NCBI GenBank assembly: GCA_041617155.1
Contig: JBFJPL010000007.1
Coordinates: forward strand, 107-64,106
Source: Kiloniellales bacterium
GTDB taxonomy: Bacteria; Pseudomonadota; Alphaproteobacteria; Kiloniellales; JAKSDN01
Direction: 5' to 3'
DNA: 64,000 bases
The notes below the pieces were generated by a model, which saw nothing but the letters and a program-made list of their open reading frames with translations, did no database searches and was not told where the DNA came from. Shown here piece after piece: positions 36,556 to 47,799 of this stretch (positions are counted from its first letter, which is position 1; every line of letters begins with the position of its first letter). Position numbers and translations under genes: made by a program.

Positions 36556-36703
36556 CGACGCAAACTCCAAAGAAAGTCAACACTGCGCTAGGACGAGCAA
36601 GTTTCCAGCCAAGTGGTTAAGAAATTCGCCTCAGGGAAAGGGACAATTTAGTGGCGGGCGGGTTGTGTGGTATCCTTGGCGTTCGGTATCGCCCGGCAGG
36701 GAA

Positions 36704-37726
36704 ATGACTGAGATGTTCGCCGCAACCCTGACGCTACGCGTTTCGACGCATCTGCGGGTCGCAAGTCGGCTCGCGACCCTTGGATTGCTGCCTGGTCTGC
36801 TGCTGTGCGCGTCGCCGGTCCATGCCGGACCGCTCGACGCGGTGGTCGGCGTTCGCGCGAAAATACCGGCCGATGCCCGGACCGCGCAGGTGCTCGGCAC
36901 GGAGCGCGAGGGCTCCGGCGTGGTGATCGGCCAGAACAACCTGGTGCTCACCATCGGTTACCTGATCCTCGAAGCCGAGAGTGCCGAGATCGTCCTGTCC
37001 GGCGACCGGGTATTGCCGGCCGAGATCGTGGCCTACGATTACGACACCGGTTTCGGCCTGCTCCAACCTCTGCTGGCGCCGGGCATCGAGCCGATCGAGC
37101 TCGGCCGTTCCGGCGATCTGGCCGAGCGCAGCCAGGTCCTGGTCGCCAGCTTCGGCGAGGGCGACCTTGCCTCCGCGGCCTACGTGGTGTCGCGCCGCGA
37201 GTTCGCCGGCTATTGGGAGTACCTGCTGCCCGACGCGATCTTCACCGCCCCGCCACACCGCTCCTTCGGCGGCGCGGTCCTGCTCGGCTCGGATGGCCGG
37301 CTGTTGGGCATCGGCTCGTTGTTCGTGCCCGACGCGGTGGCCGAGACCAACCTGCCCGGCAATATGTTCGTGCCGATCGACGCCCTGAAACCGATCCTGG
37401 CAGACATGATCGCAAAGGGGCGGTCGGCGACGCCGCCGCGACCCTGGCTCGGCCTCTATACCGAGGAGCTTCGCGGGCACCTCTTCGTTAGCCGGGTTGC
37501 CCCGGAAGGCCCATCGGCGAAGGCGGGCCTGAAGGCGGAAGACATCATCCTCGCGGTCAAGGGCATGCCGGTCAGCTCCCAGGCCGACTTCTACCGCAAG
37601 GTCTGGGCGCTCGGCGAAGCGGGCGTCGAGGTACCGCTCACAGTCATCCGTCGCGCCGGGCTTACCGAAATATCGGTGACGTCGGGCGATCGCTACGACT
37701 ATCTCAAGCTGAGGTCAAGCTACTAG
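36704..37726 (+). CDS. HtrA/S1C trypsin-like plus PDZ protein, catalytic residues apparently lost
   Basis: GSGVVI, VLTIGYLI (His position is Tyr), RSFGGAVL (in place of GNSGG), PRPWLG and PDZ; N-terminal signal peptide; start uncertain. Confidence 0.8.
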   Translation: MTEMFAATLTLRVSTHLRVASRLATLGLLPGLLLCASPVHAGPLDAVVGVRAKIPADARTAQVLGTEREGSGVVIGQNNLVLTIGYLILEAESAEIVLSGDRVLPAEIVAYDYDTGFGLLQPLLAPGIEPIELGRSGDLAERSQVLVASFGEGDLASAAYVVSRREFAGYWEYLLPDAIFTAPPHRSFGGAVLLGSDGRLLGIGSLFVPDAVAETNLPGNMFVPIDALKPILADMIAKGRSATPPRPWLGLYTEELRGHLFVSRVAPEGPSAKAGLKAEDIILAVKGMPVSSQADFYRKVWALGEAGVEVPLTVIRRAGLTEISVTSGDRYDYLKLRSSY

Positions 37727-37733
37727 GAGCTAG

Positions 37734-39515
37734 CTAGAGCTCGCCGCGTTCCTCGGCACGGATCTGTTCGAGCGCGCGATGGTATGAAAGCATGACTTCG
37801 TGCTCGTGCGCGACCCCCAGCATGCGGCGGCTCTCGGCATTCTCGACCACCGGCAGGTGGGCCTCGCCAGAGGCCCCGAAGACCTCGACCGCGCTCGCCA
37901 GATCATCGTCGACGCGGAGAACCGCCGGGTGATCGCGGGCTACGTTGGAAGCCACCCACTCGTTGTCGTGGCTGGTGTCGAAAGCCGCCTCATGCAGATC
38001 CGAGAAAATGATCGTGCCGGTCAGCCGGCCGGCCTCGTCGACCACGAACAGTTCGCCCCAGGGCGCCTCCTGCAAGCGCTGGCGCACCTGCGCAATCGGG
38101 GTATCTGGGGCAACGGTGCCGTAGGTCCGGTCCATCACCCCCTCGATCTTGATCGCCCGCAGCAGGCCGATTTCCTGGCTGCCCTTGATGACAATGCCCC
38201 GGCGCTCGAGCTGCCAGGTGAAGAAGGAGCGGCCGTGGACCTGTTGGGTGATCACGCTGGCGATCACAGTGGCGATCATCACGGCAATTGTGAGCGCATA
38301 GTCGCTGGTCAACTCGAACATCATCAGGATGGTCGATATCGGTGCGCCGAGGACGGCGCCCGCAACCGCGCCCATGCCGATGATCGTATAGGCGCCGTGG
38401 CCGGACGACAGGTGCGGAAAGGCGTTGGTGGCGATGATTCCGAATGCGCCGCCGACCATCGCGCCGATAAACAGCGACGGCGAGAAGATGCCGCCGCCGA
38501 ACCCGCTGCCCAGGCTGAGCGCCGTGGCCGCGGTCTTGAGGACGATCAGGGTAACGAGGAACGCCAGCGGGTAAAGCTCCGAGATCGCCGCGTCGGTCGC
38601 GTGATAGCCGACCCCTAACACCTCCGGATACGCGATCGCGATCAAGCCGACCATCAAGCCGCCGGGCACCAGCCGGAGCCAGCCGGGGATCGGCACCTTT
38701 TGCAAGACATCCTCCGTGTAGGTGATCGAACGCATCAGGACGATCGCCGCCGCCGCGCTGACCATACCGAGCAGGGCGAAGGCCGGAAACTCCAGGAAGG
38801 AAGTGATGACGTGTTCTTTCGGCAGAATGAAGGCCGGGAAATCGCCGTAGTAGGCGCGGCTGACGAGGGTGCCGGTCACGCCCGCTATCACGATCGGCGC
38901 GAAGGCGGAGAGCGCGTAGTGTCCGATCACCACCTCGAGAGCGAAGAACACCCCGGCGATTGGCGCGTTGAACGAAGCCGCAATGGCCGCCGCCACGCCG
39001 CAACCGAGCAGCGTACGCGACAGGGAGCGGCCAAGGTGCAGGCGCTTGGCGAGCCACGCCCCCAGGCTGGCGCCCAGATGCACCACCGGCCCCTCGCGGC
39101 CAACCGATGCGCCGACGCCGATCGATGCGGCGCTGACCAGAGCCGCCTTGATCCCCGTCGTCAGGGACATGCGCCCGCCCTGCAGGGCATTGGCCTCGAT
39201 CACCTGCGCCACGGCCGCGGGCCGGCGGTCAGGCATCAGATGATAGATGAACAGGCCGATCACCAGACCGCCCAAAGCGGGTGCCAGTAACACGTGCCAC
39301 CACGGCAGCTGCGCTGCCACGATGGCGATCTCACCGTCCCGCCAGCCGTAGAAGCACCACTGCACCAGATCGATGGTCTGGCGAAAGACGATCGCCGCGC
39401 CGCCGGCCGAAGCGCCGATAACGATCGCCAATAGCGACAGTACAAGCTGGTCGTTGCGGCCGAAGCGAGCCAGAGAATCGACCAAAAGTCTTACGGAAAC
39501 GAGCCGTTCCGCCAT
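37734..39515 (-). CDS. ClC chloride channel/antiporter with two C-terminal CBS domains
   Basis: GREGP, FNAPIAG, GGIFSP motifs; multi-TM; CBS pair. Confidence 0.9.
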   Translation of the reverse strand: MAERLVSVRLLVDSLARFGRNDQLVLSLLAIVIGASAGGAAIVFRQTIDLVQWCFYGWRDGEIAIVAAQLPWWHVLLAPALGGLVIGLFIYHLMPDRRPAAVAQVIEANALQGGRMSLTTGIKAALVSAASIGVGASVGREGPVVHLGASLGAWLAKRLHLGRSLSRTLLGCGVAAAIAASFNAPIAGVFFALEVVIGHYALSAFAPIVIAGVTGTLVSRAYYGDFPAFILPKEHVITSFLEFPAFALLGMVSAAAAIVLMRSITYTEDVLQKVPIPGWLRLVPGGLMVGLIAIAYPEVLGVGYHATDAAISELYPLAFLVTLIVLKTAATALSLGSGFGGGIFSPSLFIGAMVGGAFGIIATNAFPHLSSGHGAYTIIGMGAVAGAVLGAPISTILMMFELTSDYALTIAVMIATVIASVITQQVHGRSFFTWQLERRGIVIKGSQEIGLLRAIKIEGVMDRTYGTVAPDTPIAQVRQRLQEAPWGELFVVDEAGRLTGTIIFSDLHEAAFDTSHDNEWVASNVARDHPAVLRVDDDLASAVEVFGASGEAHLPVVENAESRRMLGVAHEHEVMLSYHRALEQIRAEERGEL

Positions 39516-39637
39516 GCTGCACGGGTCCTCTTTCGGTTGCCATTAAACGACGAAGCCCGGCCGCGCGAAAGACCCGTTGTGCCGCCGTTCGATCAGTCTC
39601 TAGAGTGGCGTCCATGGCGTAGGCAACCAAAGACGCA

Positions 39638-40108
39638 GTGATTCGAGCCGCGGCGCCTGCGGATGCCGGGACAATCTTGAGGCTGATTCGCGAATTGGCG
39701 GCTTTCGAAGGATTGGCCGAACAGGTCCGGGTCGCCGAACGTGATATCCTGCGCGATGGTTTTGGCGTACCGCCGCGGTTCCAGTGCCTGCTGGCGGAGG
39801 TCGACGGCAAAGCCGTCGGCTTTGCGCTCTATTTTTACAGCTACTCGACCTTCGAGGGGCGGCCGGGGATCTATTTGGAGGATCTTTACGTCGTCGAGGC
39901 GGCCCGCGGCCGCGATATCGGCCGGCGCTTGATGGCGCGCCTGGCCGCCACCGCCCTGCAACAGGACTGCCGCCGGATCGATCTCGCCATGCTGCACTGG
40001 AACCCGGCGCGGCGGTTCTACGAACGCTTGGGATTGACACAGGTCGCCGACTGGCTGCCCTTCCGGCTCGAGGGCGAGGCCCTGCGGCACTTGGCCGACC
40101 ACGAATAA
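39638..40108 (+). CDS. GNAT acetyltransferase (SSAT/PaiA-like)
   Basis: YSTFEGRPGIYLEDLYV, RGRDIG, WNPARRFYERLG. Confidence 0.88.
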   Translation: MIRAAAPADAGTILRLIRELAAFEGLAEQVRVAERDILRDGFGVPPRFQCLLAEVDGKAVGFALYFYSYSTFEGRPGIYLEDLYVVEAARGRDIGRRLMARLAATALQQDCRRIDLAMLHWNPARRFYERLGLTQVADWLPFRLEGEALRHLADHE

Positions 40109-40124
40109 TCCCACGGCCTTGGTA

Positions 40125-40655
40125 TCAGTTGCAGCGTCCGATAGAGCCCTCGGCACAAACCCGTTTGCCGTCGGTCCAGGTGGCTCCAGAAAGATCAGCC
40201 CGCGTGAGATCGGCGCCCTTGAGGCTTGCCTTCGTCAAATCGGCTCCCCGAAGCTGGGCCCGGTAAAGGCGCGCGAGACGCAAGTCCGCGCCGACCAGGG
40301 AGGCGCCGGTCAGATCGGCCTTTGTCAAGTCGGCTTCATAGAGTTCAGCGCCGTCGAGAATCGTCGAGTGCAACGTCGCGTTGACGTATTTGGCACGGGA
40401 CGATTGAGCTTTCGTCAGATTGCTGCCGGAGAGTACGGCCCGGAAAAAACTCCCGTCGCGCAAGCGCGCGCCACTCAGGTCGACGGCCGTCAGGTCCGAT
40501 CCGTCGAAATTGCAGCGCTGCCAATTGACGCCCGGCCCCGGCGGGTCCGTGCAGAGCGCCCAAGCCACATCGGGTAACGATATGGCCAAGAGCCCGAATG
40601 TCAGGGAGGTGAGCACGAGGTAGAGCCGTTGGATCATTGTCCTAAATTCGGTCAT
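40125..40655 (-). CDS. Secreted pentapeptide-repeat protein
   Basis: A(D/N)Lxx repeats, signal peptide, Cys caps (CTDPPGPGVNWQRC, CAEGSIGRC); start may be 40637. Confidence 0.88.
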   Translation of the reverse strand: MTEFRTMIQRLYLVLTSLTFGLLAISLPDVAWALCTDPPGPGVNWQRCNFDGSDLTAVDLSGARLRDGSFFRAVLSGSNLTKAQSSRAKYVNATLHSTILDGAELYEADLTKADLTGASLVGADLRLARLYRAQLRGADLTKASLKGADLTRADLSGATWTDGKRVCAEGSIGRCN

Positions 40656-40730
40656 CCGACCGCCAAGGGCAATACGAAACCTGCCGGGATAACGGCTAAT
40701 GATCGATCCTGCCCCGGCGTCGCCCAAGGT

Positions 40731-41222
40731 TCAGCCGCCATTCTTGCCCGAACGGCGGATCGATCTGCCGGCTTCGGGCGGGACCGGCAGTTCGTCGTGC
40801 GCCGCCAGCACATCGGCAAGGCGGCGCTTTATCCGCTCGGGCATCGACGCGACCCGGCGCCGTTCCAGGTCGACGTGCAGACAAAGCCACTCGGCGGTGG
40901 CGGCCAGGAAATCCGCCTCGGCATGGCGCATTTGGTGAATGAAATGAATGCGTTTATCGTCAAAGCCGAGCAGCCGGGTCTCGAATCGCAAACCATCGCC
41001 CTGGGTGACCTCACGCTGGTAGGTCACGTGCGCCTCGACGGCGAAGGTAGACATTCCGGTAGCCTCGCGGTAGGCCGCGTCGAGCCCGATGTAATCAAGG
41101 AAGGCATCGGTCGCATGGTCGAACGCCAGCACGTAATAGGCCACGTTCATGTGGCCGTTGTAATCGATCCATTCCGGGCGCACGTCTTCACTGTGTAGCC
41201 CGAGCGGGGCGGAAATCGTCAT
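40731..41222 (-). CDS. Hotdog-fold acyl-CoA thioesterase (4HBT family)
   Basis: WIDYNGHMNVAYY motif. Confidence 0.85.
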   Translation of the reverse strand: MTISAPLGLHSEDVRPEWIDYNGHMNVAYYVLAFDHATDAFLDYIGLDAAYREATGMSTFAVEAHVTYQREVTQGDGLRFETRLLGFDDKRIHFIHQMRHAEADFLAATAEWLCLHVDLERRRVASMPERIKRRLADVLAAHDELPVPPEAGRSIRRSGKNGG

Positions 41223-41427
41223 GAAGCCTCCGATTCTCGTGCCGCACGATAGTGTATCGGCGCTGGGCGGGCAAAGAACTAGGCGAGCGAACAGCAGCAA
41301 CCCAAAGTGCAAGGTCGCTAGCCTCTCGCCAAACGTTGTGGTACCTGAGTCGCCGCCGGCTTGTCGGGGATGCCCGGCGACCGGCTGGCGAATCACGAGT
41401 GACAGGATCCAGGGGGAATTCAGAGCA

Positions 41428-42294
41428 GTGCAAATCACCCAGCGCGTTATTGCCTTAACCTTAACGCTCGCCTTGCTGGCAGGCTGCGCCGGCGGACCCG
41501 GCGTGTTCGCCTACCCGGCCGAGCGCGAGGCCGCCGCCGCGCCCTCGACCGGCAAGTGGCGCCAGCTGGCCCAGATCGAAAGCGCGCCGGCCGAAGAGGA
41601 CGATTTCCAGGATCTGTTTCCCAGCGACGACCCCATGGCGATCGAGGAAGACTACGACCCCCTCGAGACGGTGAACCGCTTCACCTTTGCCATCAACGAG
41701 GCGATCGATTTCCTGCTGCTGAGGCCCGCCGCCGAGGTCTACCGCTTCTTGCTGCCCAACCTGGTGCAAGACACCGTGCGCAACTTCACGCGCAATCTGA
41801 AAGCCCCCGTGATCTGGGCCAACGACCTGTTCCAGGGCAAGGACGAGAAAGCCGCGACCATGGCCGGCCGTTTCCTGGTCAACACCACGCTCGGCCTGGG
41901 CGGGCTGTTCGATGTTGCCGACGCCTGGTGGGATCTCGAGTATCATGCCGAGGATTTCGGCCAGACCATGGGTTTCTACGGCTCCGGGCCCGGCGCCTAT
42001 CTGGTGCTGCCCCTGTTCGGCCCCTCCTCGGTGCGGGACGGCATCGGCCGCGGCGTCGATACGCTGATCAGCCCGTGGTCCTACGTCCTGGCGGCCGCCG
42101 ATGTCGGCCCCAGAACGGAAATCCAGCTCGGCACCCAAGCCGCCGGCGGCATCGATCTGCGCGCGCGCAATATCGACAATCTCGATGAACTGAAGCGTGA
42201 TTCGGTCGATTTCTACGCGCGCATCCGATCACTTTACCTGCAATTGCGCCGCAGCCAGATCAGGGACGAAGGTGAAAGCGACTTCGGCGGCTAG
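41428..42294 (+). CDS. mlaA: MlaA/VacJ lipoprotein
   Basis: Lipobox LAGC, DPLETVNR, RFLVNTTLGLGGLFDVA, EDFGQT, YLVLPLFGPSSVRD. Confidence 0.92.
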   Translation: MQITQRVIALTLTLALLAGCAGGPGVFAYPAEREAAAAPSTGKWRQLAQIESAPAEEDDFQDLFPSDDPMAIEEDYDPLETVNRFTFAINEAIDFLLLRPAAEVYRFLLPNLVQDTVRNFTRNLKAPVIWANDLFQGKDEKAATMAGRFLVNTTLGLGGLFDVADAWWDLEYHAEDFGQTMGFYGSGPGAYLVLPLFGPSSVRDGIGRGVDTLISPWSYVLAAADVGPRTEIQLGTQAAGGIDLRARNIDNLDELKRDSVDFYARIRSLYLQLRRSQIRDEGESDFGG

Positions 42295-42332
42295 TTATCG
42301 AGGCGTGGACAGCAACTGAAGAGAGAGACCTC

Positions 42333-42989
42333 ATGCAAATCCAACGATCTATCCTGCCTGTCTTCCGTGCGGCTGTGGTCGTTGCCGTGGCCACGCTTGC
42401 CGCCACCGCAAATGCGAAGGCCCAGGACGACGCCAGGGATCCCGGCGAATTCATGATGTCCTTGAACAAGGTGACGGTGGACCTGTTCAAGAACGCCTCG
42501 CTCGAGCACAAGGAAAAGGAAAGGCGGTTCCGGGCACTGGCGCTGAAGTCGTTCGACATACCCAAGATCAGCAAGTTCGTGCTCGGCCGCAACTGGCGCG
42601 ACGCGACGCCCGCGCAGCGCGACGAATTCATCTCGATCTTCGGCGAGGTGAACCTGCAGCGCTTCATGCCGCTGTTCACCGAGTACTCCGATCAGAAGTT
42701 CGAGGTGACCGGCGTTCGCACGGACACGGACAAACCCGCGCTGTTTTTCGTCTCCTCGACGCTCACCCGAGCCGAGGGCGAGCCAGCGAAAGTCGAATGG
42801 CGGATAGCCCGGCAAGGCGACCGCTTCAGGATTCTGGACGTGGTCGCCGAGGGGGTAAGCATGGTGCTGACCCTGCGCAAGGAGTACGGCACGGTCGTGA
42901 AGAAATCCGGTGTCGATGGCCTGATCGCACAGTTGCGCGAGAAGATCCGTGAAAGCGGTCCCGTGGCGACCTCCGCCTCCGACCAATAG
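42333..42989 (+). CDS. mlaC: MlaC/Ttg2D phospholipid-binding periplasmic protein
   Basis: Signal peptide, VLGRNWR, ILDVVAEGVSM; follows mlaA. Confidence 0.88.
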   Translation: MQIQRSILPVFRAAVVVAVATLAATANAKAQDDARDPGEFMMSLNKVTVDLFKNASLEHKEKERRFRALALKSFDIPKISKFVLGRNWRDATPAQRDEFISIFGEVNLQRFMPLFTEYSDQKFEVTGVRTDTDKPALFFVSSTLTRAEGEPAKVEWRIARQGDRFRILDVVAEGVSMVLTLRKEYGTVVKKSGVDGLIAQLREKIRESGPVATSASDQ

Positions 42990-43181
42990 ACAGGCGGTTA
43001 ACCATAGCGGGCATTGGGTTCCCTGCCGTTTCGGGCGGCCCGCCGCGTTACCCAATCGTTGCTTCGCCCGATTGCCGCCGATCTGCTATATTTCGTTGAG
43101 CGGTTCGCTCGTGCGGTGCCCAGGGAGTACGCTGCAACCGGCCTTGGTTTGGCCGGTTCGCAGGCAAGGGGTGGTAGCGCG

Positions 43182-43908
43182 ATGAATATCAAAACGATCA
43201 AGGCCGATACGCAGCAGTTCGCCGATCGAGTGCGAAGCGACGGCGCGGACAGCAGCAACGTTCCGGAATTCATCATCAGGAATGCCGAGCGCGATGGCCG
43301 GATTGGACGCCTGCGCGATCGCTCCGATCGGCTTCGGCAAGGAAGCCTACAGCTTCCCCCTGTCCTGGTGGGCCGGCCACATTCAGATCGCCGCCTTGGC
43401 CGGTGCCTTCGGCCAGGCCCAGCGGAAGGCCGCCGAGATCCGCGCGTCGGTTCTTCGCCAACTTCTGCGCAACGCCTTCTCCAACCTGCCGCGCACCGTG
43501 CGCATCGCCCAACGCGTCGGCGATGTCTATCTCCAGTTCAACACCGCCGAAGTGCTGCGCAGGCTGGCCGGCGGTACGCTGCGCGGCCTGACCTCGCAAG
43601 GCGGCGCGCAAGGTTGGCGAAATCCGCCCGCGGCCGCGCACCTGCCCAGTGCCGTCGCCAATTTCGTGCTGGCGAGCTACGGGGCGGCGATCATCGGCGT
43701 GGCCAAGGGCGTGCGGCGGCTGGAAGACGTGATCGGCATGGTTCTGACCGGCAACGACCGGATCACCGGCTGCTTCCCGATCGCCAACGTACCGGTCGGC
43801 GGCCACGAGGAGTCAGCCAGCCAAGCCGATGCGGTCCAGGAGGAACTCGCCCTCCTGGCCATGGTCTATCAGCTCAACTCCAACGACTATCAGAACTTCG
43901 TCAGCTGA
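43182..43908 (+). pseudogene. Hypothetical protein, apparently interrupted by a +1 frameshift near 43300
   Basis: GC3-biased codons from ATG 43182 (MNIKTIKADTQ...) switch to the frame of ORF 43282..43908 around cggattggac. Confidence 0.5.
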
Positions 43909-43974
43909 TCGCTTTCGCAGGTCCGCCGTATCGACGCCGACCTAGGAACCACCATCGCAGTGGGACGGCCGGTA

Positions 43975-45651
<1,677 letters not shown>

Positions 45652-45853
45652 GGCGCCTTTTCCTCCGTCGTCCGATTCGCCCCGGGAAATGCCGGTCCGA
45701 TGCCGCCTGCGGCACCTCCGCGCGCGCCGGTTCTAACGCAAGGCGACCTTTCAGCCAAGGCATTGCTGGGTGGTGCAAAGTCCGCAAGAACCGGATAGCA
45801 GCGAATCGACGATCACCCTAGAGTTCGTCCCTCCGAGGTTGGAGCGAATACCG

Positions 45854-46789
45854 ATGAACCGAACCATGGGCGCCAGGGAATGGCTGCTGCTCGTTGTGCT
45901 TTCCCTGCTGTGGGGTGGCTCGTTCTTTTTCGCCGAGGTCGCGCTGGTCGAACTCGGGCCCCTGACCGTGGTGCTCGGGCGGGTCGGCTTCGCCGCACCG
46001 GTGCTGGTCGCCTTCGTCTACTTGAGCGGCCGGAGGATGCCGGCGGCACCGCGTGTCTGGGGCGCCTTTCTGGTGATGGGCGCGCTCAACAACCTGATAC
46101 CCTTTAGCCTGATCGTCTGGGGCCAGGTCCATATCGACAGCGGGCTGGCCTCGATCCTGAACGCCACGACGCCGCTCTTCACCGTGGTGCTGGCGCATTT
46201 CCTGACCCGCGACGAACGCATGACGCCGGGCCGCCTGGCCGGCGTTCTGCTGGGTCTCTCGGGTGTGGCGGTGCTGATCGGCCCGGCGGCGCTCGGCGGT
46301 TTGGGCGCCCACGGGCTGGGGCAGCTCGCCGTGCTCGGCGCCGCCCTTTCCTATGCCTTCGCCGGCATCTTCGGGCGCCGCTTCAAGGGGCTGCCGTCGT
46401 CCGTCGCCGCGGCGGGCATGGTCACCGGGACGACAGTCATGATGCTGCCCCTGGCGCTGGTCGTGGAACAGCCGTGGACCGCGACGCCCGGCCCGGCCGC
46501 CTGGTTTGCGGTGTTCGGACTGGCCGTGCTGTGCACGGCGCTCGCCTACCTGATCTACTTTCGCGTTCTGGCGGCGGCCGGGGCCACCAACTTGTTGCTG
46601 GTCACCTTCATGATCCCACCGAGCGCGCTGCTGCTCGGCATCGCCTTCCTCGGCGAACGGCCCGACTGGACCGCATTCGCCGGCATGGGGCTGATCTTCG
46701 CCGGGCTTGCCGCGGTCGACGGCCGGATCCTAGGTCGCCTGGGACGCCCCGGCGGGCGGCTATCTCCTGGGCGCCGGGGCGCCCGATAA
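45854..46789 (+). CDS. DMT/EamA family transporter
   Basis: About ten TM segments; LLWGGSF, SGLASILNATTP, AGATN; GGAG RBS. Confidence 0.88.
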   Translation: MNRTMGAREWLLLVVLSLLWGGSFFFAEVALVELGPLTVVLGRVGFAAPVLVAFVYLSGRRMPAAPRVWGAFLVMGALNNLIPFSLIVWGQVHIDSGLASILNATTPLFTVVLAHFLTRDERMTPGRLAGVLLGLSGVAVLIGPAALGGLGAHGLGQLAVLGAALSYAFAGIFGRRFKGLPSSVAAAGMVTGTTVMMLPLALVVEQPWTATPGPAAWFAVFGLAVLCTALAYLIYFRVLAAAGATNLLLVTFMIPPSALLLGIAFLGERPDWTAFAGMGLIFAGLAAVDGRILGRLGRPGGRLSPGRRGAR

Positions 46790-46998
46790 TTGCGGCGACA
46801 GCCCCTGCGGAATTGGTGTATTTTACCGTTTTAAAGACCGTGAGACCGCCTAGCCGCGACGCACGCGGTCCCGGGCCCCGCAAGGTCTGGCACCACGGCC
46901 TAGGTACCGTATTTTCAAAGCAATGCTGCCGTCGCACCCGCGCTGCCGTGGCGGCAAGAGGTGTTCGACGGAGCGTCCTAAAGAAAAGGAGGCACGCT

Positions 46999-47226
46999 AT
47001 GTCGGAGAATTTCCGCGACTACCTAGTCGCTCTTCGAGACGATCCGGAGCTGCGAAGGCGCTACAAGATCAACCCGGCGCAGACCCTGTCGGAGGCCCGC
47101 ATCAGCAAGGAAGAAAAGCTGGCTTTGCGCAGCGCCGACCTGAAAAAGATCCGGGCGGCGCTGGCTGGACATGTGCTGCCGGAAGGCGTCGCCGATGTGA
47201 TCGGCAAGCTGGGTCCGGTCGCCTGA
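46999..47226 (+). CDS. 75-aa LigA-fold/borosin-binding-domain-like small protein (possible RiPP precursor)
   Basis: AAGGAGG RBS; MSENFRDYLVALRDDPELRRRYKINPAQTLSEARISKEEKLALRSADLKKIRAAL plus hydrophobic tail. Confidence 0.7.
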   Translation: MSENFRDYLVALRDDPELRRRYKINPAQTLSEARISKEEKLALRSADLKKIRAALAGHVLPEGVADVIGKLGPVA

Positions 47227-47399
47227 GTCGCTGGTCTCCAGCGTTCGATTGACAAGGCGCCGGAACGGACAGGCACGCGAACCGCGCGCCTGGAGCATGG
47301 ACCTTGGGCGTGGTGCTGCTATTCTGCATCTTGGGCGGACGCGGAAAGCTTGGGTCACGGCGTTGATCGAGCCCGCCGCCTTGGGAGGAGCCACGGAAC

Positions 47400-47768
47400 A
47401 TGCCCAAGTCGGTGCTGATCGTCGACGACGAACCCAATATCGTGCTGTCGCTCGAAGTCTTGATGAAGCGGGCGGGATTCGAGGTTCGGGTGGCGCGGGA
47501 CGGCGAGGCTGCGCTCCAAGCGCTCAAGGCCGAGATCCCCGACCTGGTGTTGCTCGACGTGATGATGCCCAAGCGCGATGGCTACGATGTTTGCCAGATG
47601 ATACGCAGCAACGACGCCTGGAAGGACGTCCGGATCATCATGTTGACCGCCAGGGGCCGCGAGGTCGAGCGCGAAAAGGGCATAGCGCTCGGCGCCGACG
47701 ACTACGTTACAAAGCCCTTTTCGACTCGTGATCTGCTCGAACAGGTGCGTAAGCTGTTTCCCGACTAG
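47400..47768 (+). CDS. Single-domain response regulator (REC only)
   Basis: VDDE, LLDVMMP (phospho-Asp), LTA, KPF; GGAGGAG RBS. Confidence 0.93.
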   Translation: MPKSVLIVDDEPNIVLSLEVLMKRAGFEVRVARDGEAALQALKAEIPDLVLLDVMMPKRDGYDVCQMIRSNDAWKDVRIIMLTARGREVEREKGIALGADDYVTKPFSTRDLLEQVRKLFPD

Positions 47769-47799
47769 GCGCCCGCCCGGCTACGCGTAACGAGGTGCC

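Noticed and set aside
40170-40510. 15-nt periodicity
   Set aside because: Explained by the pentapeptide-repeat protein; not CRISPR or a DNA repeat element
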